Shown: one piece after another, positions 1-13,313 of the stretch
Layout of the letters: each line of letters begins with the position of its first letter
Numbering within the stretch: the first letter of the stretch is position 1
From: Lingula anatina
Taxonomy: Eukaryota > Animalia > Brachiopoda
Reading direction: 5' to 3'
Assembly: GCA_051362555.1 (NCBI GenBank)
Contig: CM120649.1
Coordinates: 1,054,001-1,118,000 of the forward strand
DNA length: 64,000 nucleotides
Made by a program: the position numbers and the translations under genes
The notes under the pieces: generated by a model
The model's input: the letters and a program-made list of their open reading frames with translations, nothing else
The model's database searches: none
What the model was told of the DNA's origin: nothing

Positions 1-764
1 GGTTGACAGTGGACATTTCAGTGAGTCCATACAGGGAGTATGTTACTACCCATGGCCAGAGGAACAAGGTGAAGGTTTTTAGTTCAGATGGTACATCAAG
101 GCAAGAGATCACACGTGTCTCAGACACACAGTTGAAATGTACAGTAGGAATCTGTCACTTTCCTGACGGAAGGATGATTCTATCTGGTATGATCAATAAC
201 AAACTGTTCATCCTGTCACCACAGTGGGAAGTACAGCAAACTGTAGATGTCAACAACCCATGTGGTGTGGCTCTCAATAATAGCTGCACTAAGATTGCTG
301 TGGCACAGGGTGGTGAAAAGTCTGTGAGTGTGTTCAGTATTGATATAAAAGGGAAAATAACTTTAACTGATGTGATAAAGGACAAAGATGGGAAACAGTT
401 GTTCAATGAACCATATAAAGTAGCATATATGAGCAATGGGTGCCTTGTTGTTAGTGATATATCACAAAAGAAACTTCACATCCTAACCCCATCTAGTGAC
501 CCACTGTATCAGTACACAGGACCTGATAACAAGTTAGGTCGTCCCTTTGGTGTTTGTGTTGATGCATATGACAACATACTGGTTACAGACTGTAATAACC
601 ACTGCATACACCTTGTATCCCCAGATGGGAAGTTCATCAAGTACATAGCAACCCAAGCTGATGGACTAGCTAATCCACTGGGATGTACCATCAACCAGGA
701 TAGAGATGTGGTTGTGACTCAAGGGAATGGGAAAGTGAAAGTATTCCAATACTTAGAAAAATGA
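1..764 (+). CDS. TRIM-NHL copy A, 3' part (NHL domain); 5' end lies outside the window
   Basis: Matches 22327-23090 (offset 22326) with two amino-acid differences; the frame is open at the window edge. Confidence 0.92.
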   Translation, partial: LTVDISVSPYREYVTTHGQRNKVKVFSSDGTSRQEITRVSDTQLKCTVGICHFPDGRMILSGMINNKLFILSPQWEVQQTVDVNNPCGVALNNSCTKIAVAQGGEKSVSVFSIDIKGKITLTDVIKDKDGKQLFNEPYKVAYMSNGCLVVSDISQKKLHILTPSSDPLYQYTGPDNKLGRPFGVCVDAYDNILVTDCNNHCIHLVSPDGKFIKYIATQADGLANPLGCTINQDRDVVVTQGNGKVKVFQYLEK

Positions 765-868
765 CATCCTTTACAATGATAAGAGACTGAACAATATGTA
801 CTTTTCTGACATATCTCAATGATGTAGTATACAAGATGACAAAGCATCCAAATGTAAAGATACAAAGC

Positions 869-2852
869 AAACAAGACAGCAAAGCTGTCAAATGTACTGA
901 CAAAAAGCAGAAAAGAATAATGGACAGAATAGGATATGGTCCATTCTGGTGCAATAATATGTTACACTTAACTGTAAAATCAACATCATAATTTAATTAT
1001 GCCCAACGGATAATACCAATTAAAGAATAAGCATGGGTTGTTTCCCTGGTACTTATTAATGAATAGATTTTCTTTTATTTCCCTTTCTGTTTGGGTTGAA
1101 TAGATAAAAGCATTGGTAAAAGTAACAATTAAACACTCATTGATAAAGACGTCACATTTAAGCCTTTATGACATCACCTAGTAACAAATAAACAAAACCC
1201 CCTGAAGAAAGAAAGAAACCGGTCGGGGCAAGAAAGTTGAAAGAAAGTTTATTATATATATATATATATATATATAGTAAATTTTAATTAGTTATTTGTC
1301 TATGCCATATTGTTTGTTTAAATGTCATGTTAAAGAATTATATAGATTAAGTATTTTTTAAGAACTTTTATACGTTTGTTACACTACTAAACAATGTTTA
1401 CAAATGTAGTTAATTATAAATTTATTGTTAAGAACTTAATGAACTAATTAATGTAATAACTAGCACGTTCTTATAATTTATCTATATATCTTTGCATGCA
1501 TCTTGATCTGTATGTCTATACATATAAATTCTATTATTTTTTGTTTGTTTGCAACAGGAATCATAAAAAATGTTAATGAAATGGGAAGTAAGTATTATTA
1601 TAGTAACTATCCTTGGTCAATAACATAATATATATTAAAGGGTTTAATTTAACATTATCAACTTAAAATGCTTAAGTTTTACTAATAAAATGAGAAGAGT
1701 CTAACTGATAGTTTTATTGTATGATAGGGATATATAGGTAAACAAATTATAAACATCTGTTTTAGTAAAATATATTTTGTTGCTTCATACAACATATAAA
1801 TGATTATTTGTGCCTAATTTTTGACTGAATGGCAATTTATATATGTATGCTTAAACATATTAAATGGATTCATAAATTTGTACTTTAAAATAAGGTAATG
1901 ATTACAAGATGGATGTAATCACATTTGATTAACCATTATTAATATTTTCAGATAGATGTATTTAAAGGACAGAAAGAGTATTAATTGTCAATTACTAGCC
2001 AGTTAATTCACAAATATATCATTTTAAATTCTAGTTATATTTACTGGAAGGAAGGAATATTATGTAATTTGACTTTATATTTCATTAATCAATTATTTTT
2101 CTTTACATATACCTGTAATGAGTACTTTCATATAAACAGAATATGAAATGATCAAACTAGAAAATCACAAACATCCGCCAAGGCAGGAGTTTTTCGATTA
2201 TTATTGATTATTGATATATTATTGATCCTGATCACCACCAAAAACTAATAATCTGTTTCTTGGCCCACTTCTAACAGTTCCTGAAAATTTTATTAAAATC
2301 AGTCCATAACTTTTTGAATTATGTTGATGACAAACAAACAGACAAACAGGTGAAAACATTACATGTACCTCCTTGCTGGAGGTAATAACTCATCTTTGGG
2401 TAAATTTAATTAAGCATGATTTAAATAAAATGGTTTTAACTTTTGTGATATAGAATTTATTTGGTAATAGATTATTAAATTTTATTTGTGAAAGGTTTGA
2501 GGCTCAAAACTTATTTCAGCAGGAGATTAATTATGATAAGGTTTATTTCAGTTCAAAGCTGAGTGACTGTGGAAGTATTTTATTCACAGGTACTTGAATG
2601 AAGTCAAAAGTGATGTGTTGGCATTCATTAGGTGTGTGTGAAAGTTATCTTGAGTTTCTCAGTGGAAAGTTATTTTAACTACCATCATGTAATAAATATG
2701 ATTGAAATTGAATAAAGCAACCTTTTTGATTTTGAAAATGAGACAGCAGTTCTGTTGTTTTTGACACCGGCATCGCTCGGTGAAAGTACACAGCAACAAC
2801 AGATGCAGGTGACAGCTATATGTGCAGACACAACTGTGTCTGTACATAAAAA
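869..2852 (+). mobile_element. Old HINE-like element (same termini as 7434-9613) downstream of the TRIM stop, with a nested ~230-bp HINE-like MITE at 2155-2387; repeated at 23195-25178 and 39243-41207
   Basis: AACAAGACAGCAAAGCTGTCAAATGTACTGACA at ~870; TGTGCAGACACAACTGTGTCTGTACATAAAAA at ~2820-2852; the nested element has CCGCCAAGG, (ACAA)n and a TACCTCC..GGAGGTA hairpin. Confidence 0.55.
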
Positions 2853-3022
2853 AGGTAATCTTGACACATTCCTGTTACCTCAACTTAAACCATATCCAAA
2901 TCTTTCACTGATGAGAAAATTACAACCTATAAATTATTTTTTCATTAATAAAATTCGAGTCGTTTAAATGATGGAGATTGGGACCACTGAATTTCTTAAA
3001 TAATGTTTAAGAAAGCACTTAC

Positions 3023-4240
3023 AATCCAGTTGCTGAGCACAGACAGAGGACAGACAATTAGAGTTGTTCTTGGGCCAACACAATTAGTGCGACCATCACT
3101 ACTGAGGTTGTTGGCACCTGTAATAGTAAATATCATTTACAATAAGCTAAAAACTTATCTGTAACAGATTTGAAGCATTCCTTACATTAGGCTAAAAACT
3201 TATCTGTAACAGATTTTAAGCATTCCTTACATAAGGCTAAAAAAATTTAAAGGCGTACAATGCAGATAAAACAATTATATTATAGCACAGACTGCTTAAA
3301 CAGCTTAGATGTCTGGCACACCTACTGAAGCTGCTAAACAAAAGTTAATTACCCCTAGCAGCTTCAGTGGGCGTGACAGACATCTAAGCTGCTTAAGCTG
3401 AAAGCAATTTAGCAAGGAACCCCTCAGAGATAGATCGATCCATAGTTAGTACAATCACTGAAAGTAACATTTGAACATATGTCTTAAAACTATTCACCAT
3501 GTCAAAATTCAACACCCAGTTTAACAGATGACAATCAAGCCAGGACATTTATCATATCAAAACAGAACAATAAGGCCACTTTCTCTGTCCAATATTTAAT
3601 TTTTATTCTTTTTTAAGGGGATGGTGGGAATTTCATTGACCATCAATTACCTATGGGAGCAGACACTGTGCCTTTCCTCTTCTTTCCACTGGAGACGTCA
3701 GCATCAAGATCTGGCAACTCAAGATTTGGCAGTGGTGGCAATTTTGGCAAAAGATGGACTGAAATAAAGCACATATCATATAGGTAAAGCATTATATATA
3801 GGATACAAAAGTGTACATCAAGCACTCAACAAGGTGGAAATGCACTTACAATCAATTTGGCTTTAAAAGAGTGGTGCTTACAACTTGATCATTCTATTCT
3901 ATACTCTACAATCAGTGATAAGCAGCTTTGGCTTCAAAAAAGTCCAAAATCTGCCATAAAAGTCTCATTACTGTTGTAAGCACCCAAACCACCGTAAAAA
4001 GTCAATAACCTGCTGATAATTAAAAAAAAATCTCATCCCTGTACCATACCTTTGGCACCAGGTATAAAAGGGGCACTCTTCCTCTTCCGCGACTTCTTTA
4101 AGCTGAATTCCTGCTTCACTAAGGGAGAGTTACATGGTTTTTCCTCCTTCAGGGAGTGTGGGGCTGTGGCAACTTCAGTCTCCATTCCAACACATGGATG
4201 CATATGAGATTCTGTGGACTTGAATCTCACCCTTCTCCTG
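3023..4240 (-). pseudogene. Third, deleted copy of HLTF exons 9-14 (exon 14'' 3023-3117, 12'' 3651-3758, 11'' remnant 4050-~4197)
   Basis: Homologous to 25349-27830 with a ~1.2 kb deletion through exons 9-11 and most of exon 13 deleted near 3452. Confidence 0.8.
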
Positions 4241-5389
4241 GACAGCAGGCTATGTAGAGCTGACTTCCTGCACTATTGGTCTAAGAGTTTTTACCACTCA
4301 GTAGGATGTTCAAAATTTAAGAAATTATGACTTAAAAAATACAGTATCTGTAAAATTTACATTTTATCCCCATTGAAAAGATTAATTACTGTATACAGTG
4401 GTGGTAAATGGTTAAAATTTCCAGGAAATTAAGTTCTTGATGAAAGTGAAATGCAATAAATATCATGATCATGAAGCCAAAAAAGTAGACAAGTTGTTCA
4501 AAATATTTTAATCCATTTTGAAGTTCTTGTACAATGTTACTTTTCATGTTTTGGTACAAATCTCTTGTTAATAAAATGTCCTAAATTTACATTAACCAAG
4601 TAAAATTAGAGAAATTATTTTTAATATCTTCAAAACATTACCAAATGCTCTATAACTGAATATTTCGTAAATGGCAAAAATACTATTGTCCAAAAATATT
4701 ACAGTAAATTAAACCTTCAATCTATTTAATCAGTTCTTTAATTATAATAATTTTTGGACAGACAAATTCAAAAGGGTAAAAGTAGTTTTGATTAAAAAAA
4801 AATTTTCTTCATCTATTTGCTATTATGTATTTTAGAACATTTCTAAAGGGGTAACTCGTAATACATTTTAAATTTTCTATTGCTACAAATAAAATGACTG
4901 AATCTCGTCTAATATCATCATCACATAATTTGAGGCAGAAATATGTTAGAACAACACTTTGTGTGTCACCCACTTTTAAATATCATATAAACTTGTGTCA
5001 CCAACCAAGCACCTCTCAAACTGAATCAGCTGTACCTAAAAATGTTCTCAAAAATACAAACTTTAAAAAAATAGAAACTGCACAAGCAGTAAACTTTGGG
5101 ATAATTTGATTCTAATAGTGTGAAGAAATAAAACTGGAGATTAAAAGTAATTTGTGGTTTCAAATAATAGAAAAAATAATCTAAATCTACTAAAATTTTA
5201 TCTCAAGCACCATATACCTGAAGGCTAAATTGCATCATTACAAAAATGTTTTTGCACTGTTCTTTCCAAACTTCTCTCTCTTCCTTGACCAGGCACCTTA
5301 AAAATCAGAACTTAAGATATAAGAAAACCAAACTTTCTGCAGCTGAGCTCTGTTTGACAAATTTGAAAGGCTGTCTTAAGTTTCCAGTT

Positions 5390-8300
5390 CTATGAAAACA
5401 AAGTTTTGATATCTGCAATGCGTGTTTCTCTTCGTTGCTCGGCCGTCTGCTTCTTCCCAAATGCTCCCTGCATCAGTTTGCGTTTCTTCTCCTGCAGTTC
5501 CAACATGCGCTCTTCCACTGAATCCTTCACAACGTACTGAAATGTACAAATGAAAAAATTCTAAGACCCCAGGCTGGTACTGACATCTGCTGGTACAGAT
5601 CTACTTTGGCTGCAGTTCAGATATTTCTTTATATCTATTTATCTAAATTATTGAATCCATGGTGTTATTTCAACTCTAAAAGATTGAGAATATTCAATTA
5701 TTATCTTACAATATAAATTATTGTTACATGGTAATAAATGACAGTAAATTACTTCTACTTCTGAGCACAAGGGGGTAACCTTTGCTCTCTCCAATTTCAC
5801 ATTGCCTTTCTATAATCTTAAAGGGAGATTAGCTCTGTTATTTAACAGACTAAGTAGGGTGGAATTCATACCACTCCTCCAGGTCATTCCTCAGGAATTA
5901 CATTTATCATTGAATCGAATATGGCTGACCCACTTGAATGCTTGGCGCGTTATCCCCATGGGGAATCTATTCAGTGTCTATTAGGGGATTATGCGGCAAG
6001 TATTTAAGTGGGCTGGCCATATTTGATCTGCTGAGATCTGTTAGTTCGCTGTTGTGAATGTGGCCCATATCTTACCTTTGTAATGATGACGTCCTTGGTT
6101 TGCCCGAGACGGTGACATCTGTCAAAACATTGCTCCTCGGATGCTGGGTTCCAGGCCTGCGGGAAAATAAATAAATGAATAAATAAATAAGAGGGTAGGC
6201 TACTGTGAAATAACCAACTTTTTTAACCTTTCGTGACCAAATCACTGCATGTCACACATGGACCCAATTATTACAAATTTATTACTATATTAAGGCCACA
6301 CTTTTTTATTTTTATGGATGACATCCTGCGCGCGCACCGATTTTTGTCTGTTCTCAAACCCCCCCCCCCCCCAAGGTAGTCAGTTGTCGCTAACGTCGTT
6401 ATTGATTTGCCAGAAAATGCAATCTGCAATCCTCGGCTCATTCCGCAAGCTCCATACTGTCATTGTCGACTGCAGAGACATCCGAGTACTTCCGAGTGCG
6501 GATAATGAGCTTTCTACGCATGCGTATTATCACCACGTGGAAATATGGCCGCTTTGCTGTCAAATTCATCTCTAGCATTAATTTCAAAATACACGCCAAT
6601 AAAAGTCATAAAGAGAACGGGGGCCATCGTTTTGGATTGGTTTGCCATTGATATTAGACATGGAGATATCACCCTTTTACAATTATACGAAAGGCTGGCG
6701 GCGACCAGCGATCATCGCCCGGAAAATTTCAGTGACATTCTGTCCAAAGCAGCACATACCAGGGTTTTTTTTGTAGCAAAAAAGGGTCGACAAGAGCGTC
6801 GTGATATTTGGTGGACTGAAGGTCAGACAGGCCACCCGATAGTTGGCTGCTACATGTGAGTCGAAGTAGACAAAATGGTATCGACCGAAATTACCTTTTT
6901 TAGATTTGGTAGTAGGAAGCATTGGCCTATCTTTGCTTCATTTTTTTAAACAATTCTGTGAAGTGTTTACAATGCTTTAATTTTCTGAGAGTACAAATAA
7001 AGATACGCTGTTTATTTGATATTTGTTTTATTGATTGCTATACCGACAAAATGCATGAAATAACCTTAAATAGATTTCCAGCTGTGTACTGAAAACATAA
7101 CTTTTCTTAAACATTTTTTTTTTGGACTGTTTTTTTTTTTTTTTTCGCCCGCTCGCCCCGATGTTGGGGTCCCCAGAGGATGTCATCCATAAAAATAAAA
7201 AAGTGTGGCCTAACTTAACTGAAATTAAGTCTACATGTATCATTGTAGTTGAAAGATATACTGCTTGGATGTTGTTAACAAATGTGAATACATGTTTTAA
7301 ATTGCTGCTGGATGCAAACAATACAGAAAATATTAGCATAGCCATGTTGCAGAACTAATTAAATTTCTGTTTTTCTTAAAATCTTAAACCTGAGGAAACA
7401 AATTTAGCATTTAGTCTTAAGGAGAAGGAAGTAAAACAAGGCAGCAAAGCTGTCAAATGTACAGACAAAAAAACAGAAAATAAAGATGCAAATAAGTGAA
7501 AAATTAAATTTTCACAAAAAACTGTTAAATTGCCAGAAAAATTTACCAAACAGACTGCGTTGCCTACTGAAGCTGTATGTTAGACCCATGTTTCTTTCCT
7601 GTAAGTTTGAGAACAGTAAGTGACATGATTTCCCTTAAATGGTCATCATAGGAGCAGTGCACAAAATAGGGGTTTCTTCAAATTTTGATGCAACATTACA
7701 TAATGTTTAACAGCATAATGACAATCAAATGTTATTAATAAAATATTAGTAACATGGACATTCAGAAAATGTGACAAGCAAAAGTCTTCAGGATCACGGA
7801 ACTTTAAAGTCACACCTTGAAAATGCCAATATGTGAAAAATTAAATTTTCACAAAAAACTGTTTAACTGCAAAAAAAAAAAAAAAAAAAAAAAACAGACT
7901 GCATTGCCTACTGAAGCTGTATTTTAGTCCCATGTTTCTTTCCTGTAAGTTTGAGAACAGTAAGTGACATGATTTTCCTTAAATGGTCATCATGGAAGCA
8001 GTGCCCAAAATAGGGGTTTCTTCAAATTTTGATGCAATATTACATAATGTTTAACAGCTTAATGACCATCAATTTTTAATTATAAAATATTTGTATCACA
8101 GATATTCAGAAAATGTGACTAGCAAAGGTCTTCAGGCCCATGGAACTTCAAAGTCACACCTTGAAAATGCCAAAATGTAAACAAGACAGCACTGTTCTGA
8201 AATGGGTTTATTTCCATTTTTAACACTTTTTTAACATAAAACAAAATAAACATTTTACTGCCATTTTTATATGACCAACTAAGAAAATTGATGAGATGGG

Positions 8301-10217
8301 AAAAGTATCAATAGAACAGTGTTAAATGTCCAATTTCCTCCATTCTGAGATTCTGAACATAGTGGATGATTGAATCTGACAAACTGCAATGATATGAGTT
8401 TATTTCCATTTTTGACACTTAATTACACAATACATGATAACAAGTTTACCATGTTTTTTACATATTCAACTAACAATGTTGTAAAGATGCAGGAAATATC
8501 AAACAAACACTTTTAGGCATCTTATTAGTTAAATAATGAGACTGTTAACATGCCTAATAATTGAATCTGAGGAAATGTGAAAAAACAGTATAACTTCTAA
8601 AATAATGGCTCGATTATGCTGATTTTTGAACTTGACCTGCGTTTTAGTAAGATTGACCACTCCTGTGAGTATAATTACAATTGGCCAATCCGTTTTCCTT
8701 ATATTGTGTTATCAGTGTTGCATTTATATTGAAAATAGTGAAAAAACAGCATAAATTCCCTAAAAATGGCCCAATCATGCTGATTTTCGAACTTGACCTG
8801 CGTATTATGAATATTCATCAGTTCTGTAAGTTTCAAGTCAAAAGGTAAAATGGTTTTCCACTTATCGTGTTATCGGTGCTGCATATATGCTGAAAAAAGT
8901 GAAAAAACAGCATAAATTCCCTAAAAGTGACCCGATCATGCTGATTTTCGAACTTGACCTGCGTATTATGAATATTCATCAGTTCTGTAAGTTTCAAGTC
9001 AAAAGGTAAAATGGTTTTCCACTTATCGTGTTATCGGTGCTGCATATATGCTGAAAAAAGTGAAAAAACAGCATTAATTCCCTAAAAGTGACCCGATCAT
9101 GCTGATTTTCGAACTTGACCTGCGTATTATGAATATTCATCAGTTCTGTGAGTTTCAAGTCAAAAGGTAAAATGGTTTTCCACTTATCGTGTTATCGGTG
9201 CTGCATATATGCTGAAAAAAGTGAAAAAACAGCATTAATTCCCTAAAAGTGACCCGATCATGCTGATTTTCGAACTTGACCTGCGTATTATGAATATTCA
9301 TCAGTTCTGTAAGTTTCAAGTCAAAAGGTAAAATGGTTTTCCACTTATCGTGTTATCGGTGCTGCATATATGCTGAAAAAAGTGAAAAAACAGCATTAAT
9401 TCCCTAAAAGTGACCCGATCATGCTGATTTTCGAACTTGACCTGCGTATTATGAATATTCATCAGTTCTGTAAGTTTCAAGTCTAAAGGTAAAATGGTTT
9501 TCCACTTATTGTGTTATCGGTAAAAGTGCACGGCGACGACGGCGACGGCGACGGCGACGACAGACGCAGATGATGGCTATATGTACAGACACATCTGTGT
9601 CTGTACATAAAAAGAAAAAACTTACCGGATCCATTAAGAAAACTCTGGAGGCAGCAGTAAGGTTCAGTCCCATACCTCCAGCCTTCAGGGAGAGGAGGAA
9701 TATGGTAGGAGCACGGGGGTCAAGATCAGAGAACTGCTCGATGGCTTTTGTTCTCTTTGCAGCTGTCATGGTGCCATCCAGACGAGCAAACTTGAACCCA
9801 GCAGCTCTGTGGGGAAAAATGTAAGTGGTCATCTTTAAATTCCTTTATGTATTTACAGTGTCTTCAACTTATAAATTTTGAGTCGAGGCAATACTACCCT
9901 TGTAGACGTACTACTACATGAATTTAAACATGCTGTACAAAAAAGAAATTGCTGGATTACAAAACAAGTTACTGGTTTCTCTTAAAACAACACATTCATT
10001 GAGTGGTTATAACAAATAATAGACAAATAGATAATATTTGTCTGATAAACTAAAAATAAGATAAAGAAATGCACACATTCAACTTTGACCCCACATCGAC
10101 TTACTTGAGTGGAGTCTCTAGGACAGTGAGGAAGGAAGTGAATTGCGATACAACAATACTCTTAATGGTTGGGTCATCCTTCCTCTGCTGAATCAGGGCC
10201 TTCATCAAGGCATCCAC
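5390..10217 (-). CDS. HLTF: HLTF exons 22-25 (helicase C domain, stop)
   Basis: [12 protein letters not shown]; FARLDGTM; [25 protein letters not shown]|[19 protein letters not shown]; [21 protein letters not shown]. Confidence 0.92.
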
Positions 10218-11308
10218 CTGAAATCACACTGATAGTTGACACACAAATATACAGCTGAACATCTTAGTAATATTTTACAGACCAACAATTGCTTAATTCA
10301 CTTAAAATGATGCTATTTGTAATATCATTTTCCCCTTTTACATACACCTTTATCAAAAATATACTAACTTGTGTACACATATCACGACAGAAAAACATAA
10401 ACCTACAATACGTCTTCCAGTAAAAACACTGGGAAGGTTCTACAAAATGGCAGTTTCTACACATTGGCACTGGACTGCCATGGTCCTTCTATTGTGATAA
10501 CACTTACCTTGACAATGGACTGCCATGGTCCTTCTATTGTGATAACACTTACCTTGACACTGGTCTGCCATGGTCCTTCTATTGTGATAACACTCATCTT
10601 GGCACTGGACTGCCATGGTCCTTCTATTGTGATAACACTTACCTTGGCACTGGACTGCCATGGTCCTTCTATTGTGATAACACTCACCTTGACACTGGAC
10701 TGCCATGGTCCTTCTTTTGTGATAACACTTACTTTGACACTGGACTGCCATGGTCCTTCTATTGTGATAACACTCACCTTGGCACTGGACTGCCATGGTC
10801 CTTCTATTGTGAACTCCTCCTCTGTATTCTCTGGGACTGGGATCAGCTCATTTCTCTCAAGTTTACCACGACACAATGGACAATTGGCACCTTCCTGCAA
10901 TGTTTGGGAGAGAGAGGTTTTTATGCAATTAATAAACACATATATCTTTCAGGGTCAGGAGGTTTGAAGTCCTGGAAAATGGTTCATCTATTAAATATGA
11001 AGAAATAAGATAATGTTCAGGAGTCATTTATATCACTTCTGAGGGCATTTTTTTACACTACAGATCCAGACACTTAAGTAATTCATCAGTAATGAAAGAT
11101 CAACAGGTGCTTCCTACATAACAAGTGTGTACGGTCACCTAACTTTGTCCTCCACTCCACTTATCTGTTAGAAATATAATGTCTCATCACCAAGTCAAAA
11201 GAAATATAAGACTGGAGTTCAGTGTGTGCGTGTGTGTACTCACCCCCTTAGTCTGTATCACCCCCTTAGTGTGTGTGTGTACTCACCCCCTCGGTCTGTA
11301 TCACCCTC

Positions 11309-11356
<48 letters not shown>

Positions 11357-11381
11357 CACCCCCTTAGTCTGTATCACCCTC

Positions 11382-11449
<68 letters not shown>

Positions 11450-11655
11450 CACCCCCTCAGTCTGTATCACTCTCTCAATACAGGGTTTACAGAACACATG
11501 GACACACCTGGTGATAACAGGAGTGTTCAGAGGATCCAGACATATGGAACACTCCTCATCTGATCCTGAGTTTAACACTTGGAGAAGACTCTGGACTAAC
11601 TTCTCCCTCAGCTCTGCTGGCAGACTGCTGTCCATCTGACCACTTAGCTCTGGAA

Positions 11656-11686
<31 letters not shown>

Positions 11687-11889
11687 AGACTCTGGACTAA
11701 ATTCTCTCTCAGCTCTGCTGAATGACTTCTGTCCATCTGACCACTTAGCTCTGGAATAAATAAATGAATGAATGAATGAATGAATGAATAAATAAATAAA
11801 TAAATAAAGACTCTGCACTAACTTCTCCCTCAGCTCTGCTGGAAGACTGCTGTCCATCTGACCACTTAGCCCTGGAATGAATGAAGGAA

Positions 11890-11920
<31 letters not shown>

Positions 11921-13266
11921 AGACTCTGCACTATCTTCTCCCTCAGCTCTGCTGACAGACTGCTGTCCATCTGACCACTTAGCTCTGGAATAAATAAATA
12001 AATAAAATAAATAAGTAAAGGATAAAAGGACGACAGAACCAAGTAAGCTCATAAGGGTAAAAATTCCTGTCATTGGAAATAGATAACTATTAACAGGGGC
12101 AACAGAAACATTTTTTTTCAAATTATTAAGTGACTAGGATTAGACTAAGTGAATTTTCTATTAATTATTAATTCTATTAATCTTACATTAATCAGGGATG
12201 AGACTGTCATTTAGTGAAAAAGTTGAAAATAGGGGGCGTCTAGGCCAATTATATTTTTGTCTCCCATTAAGTTGGAATTCTGCTGATAGTCAGACAAATC
12301 CCATCGCTGATTAACATAGATCATTTACCTTGTGACTGTACAGCCAACTTGGCAGCATTGGCGATAAGAAACGGGTGGCAGCAAAGCTGGCGCAGCCTCA
12401 TCAAAATGGCCAACACTTCACCGTAATGATGAAGCAGGGTGCCCTGCCTGAAGTACCTTATACAGAGAACAGTGGGATTGAAAATTATCAGCGTGTAAAA
12501 GAAACTCCCTTTATTATCAACTTTCTGAACTTGATATAAGATTGAGCTTTTGATTTTCTGCACTAAAGTTGTACCTTACAGAGCTTTCAGTCACTATGCC
12601 ATCTTCCTCAGTACAGGTTACTATGAGACGGAGCACTCTTCACTAACCTCTCATTATTGCTGTCCCATGTCAATTTTATAACATGATCATATAACATGAT
12701 CTTATAACATGATCAAGAGACTACACAGATGAATTTCTAACTGAATAATATTTGAACTGATAAATTTAACTTAACTTAAGCAAAACAATCCCCAGGTTAA
12801 AGTATCTTTTGGCCTAAAGCTAAAATAATAGTCCCAAAGAGCCAGTGGGCTAAAAGTTTTTGGCCCAGTCTGTACCCTACCTGCTAATAATCAGTTTCCC
12901 CTCCTGTGCCATGGTGTCATATGTCCTCCTCTCATCCTCTGACAACTGGAGAGTTTCCAGGTAGACATTTCTGGCAGGTAGCTGGACTAGAGGCTTTCCT
13001 CCCACAACCTGTGTCTTCATACGCCGTAGGGCAATGTGACCCATCAAATGTTGGACACGTCTGAGAAATAAAAGTAGATGGAAGAGTTTTTGCACTGTCT
13101 GTTAATTGTGTAATGGTGATAAAAGTAATCAAGAATCAAAACATGCCTGACACATACACAATGTCTCTTTAAAAACAATTTGTTTTTATTAATTTATAAT
13201 TAAAATGTATGAAGAAAATAATGGATAAGTTTCAAGGAACACATCTTAAGTTGTATAAAAGACCTA

Positions 13267-13313
<47 letters not shown>

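Noticed and set aside
155-954. Minus-strand ORFs over the TRIM genes (also at 22076-23280 and 37765-39328)
   Set aside because: Antisense shadows, repeated only because the DNA is duplicated.
6318-6922. Short ORFs inside the Harbinger-type element as a transposase
   Set aside because: Short, overlapping and without recognisable DDE or Myb/SANT motifs.
11309-12121. 270-aa ORF as a standalone gene
   Set aside because: Only 11453-11649 is a conserved HLTF exon; the rest is junction repeats and microsatellite.
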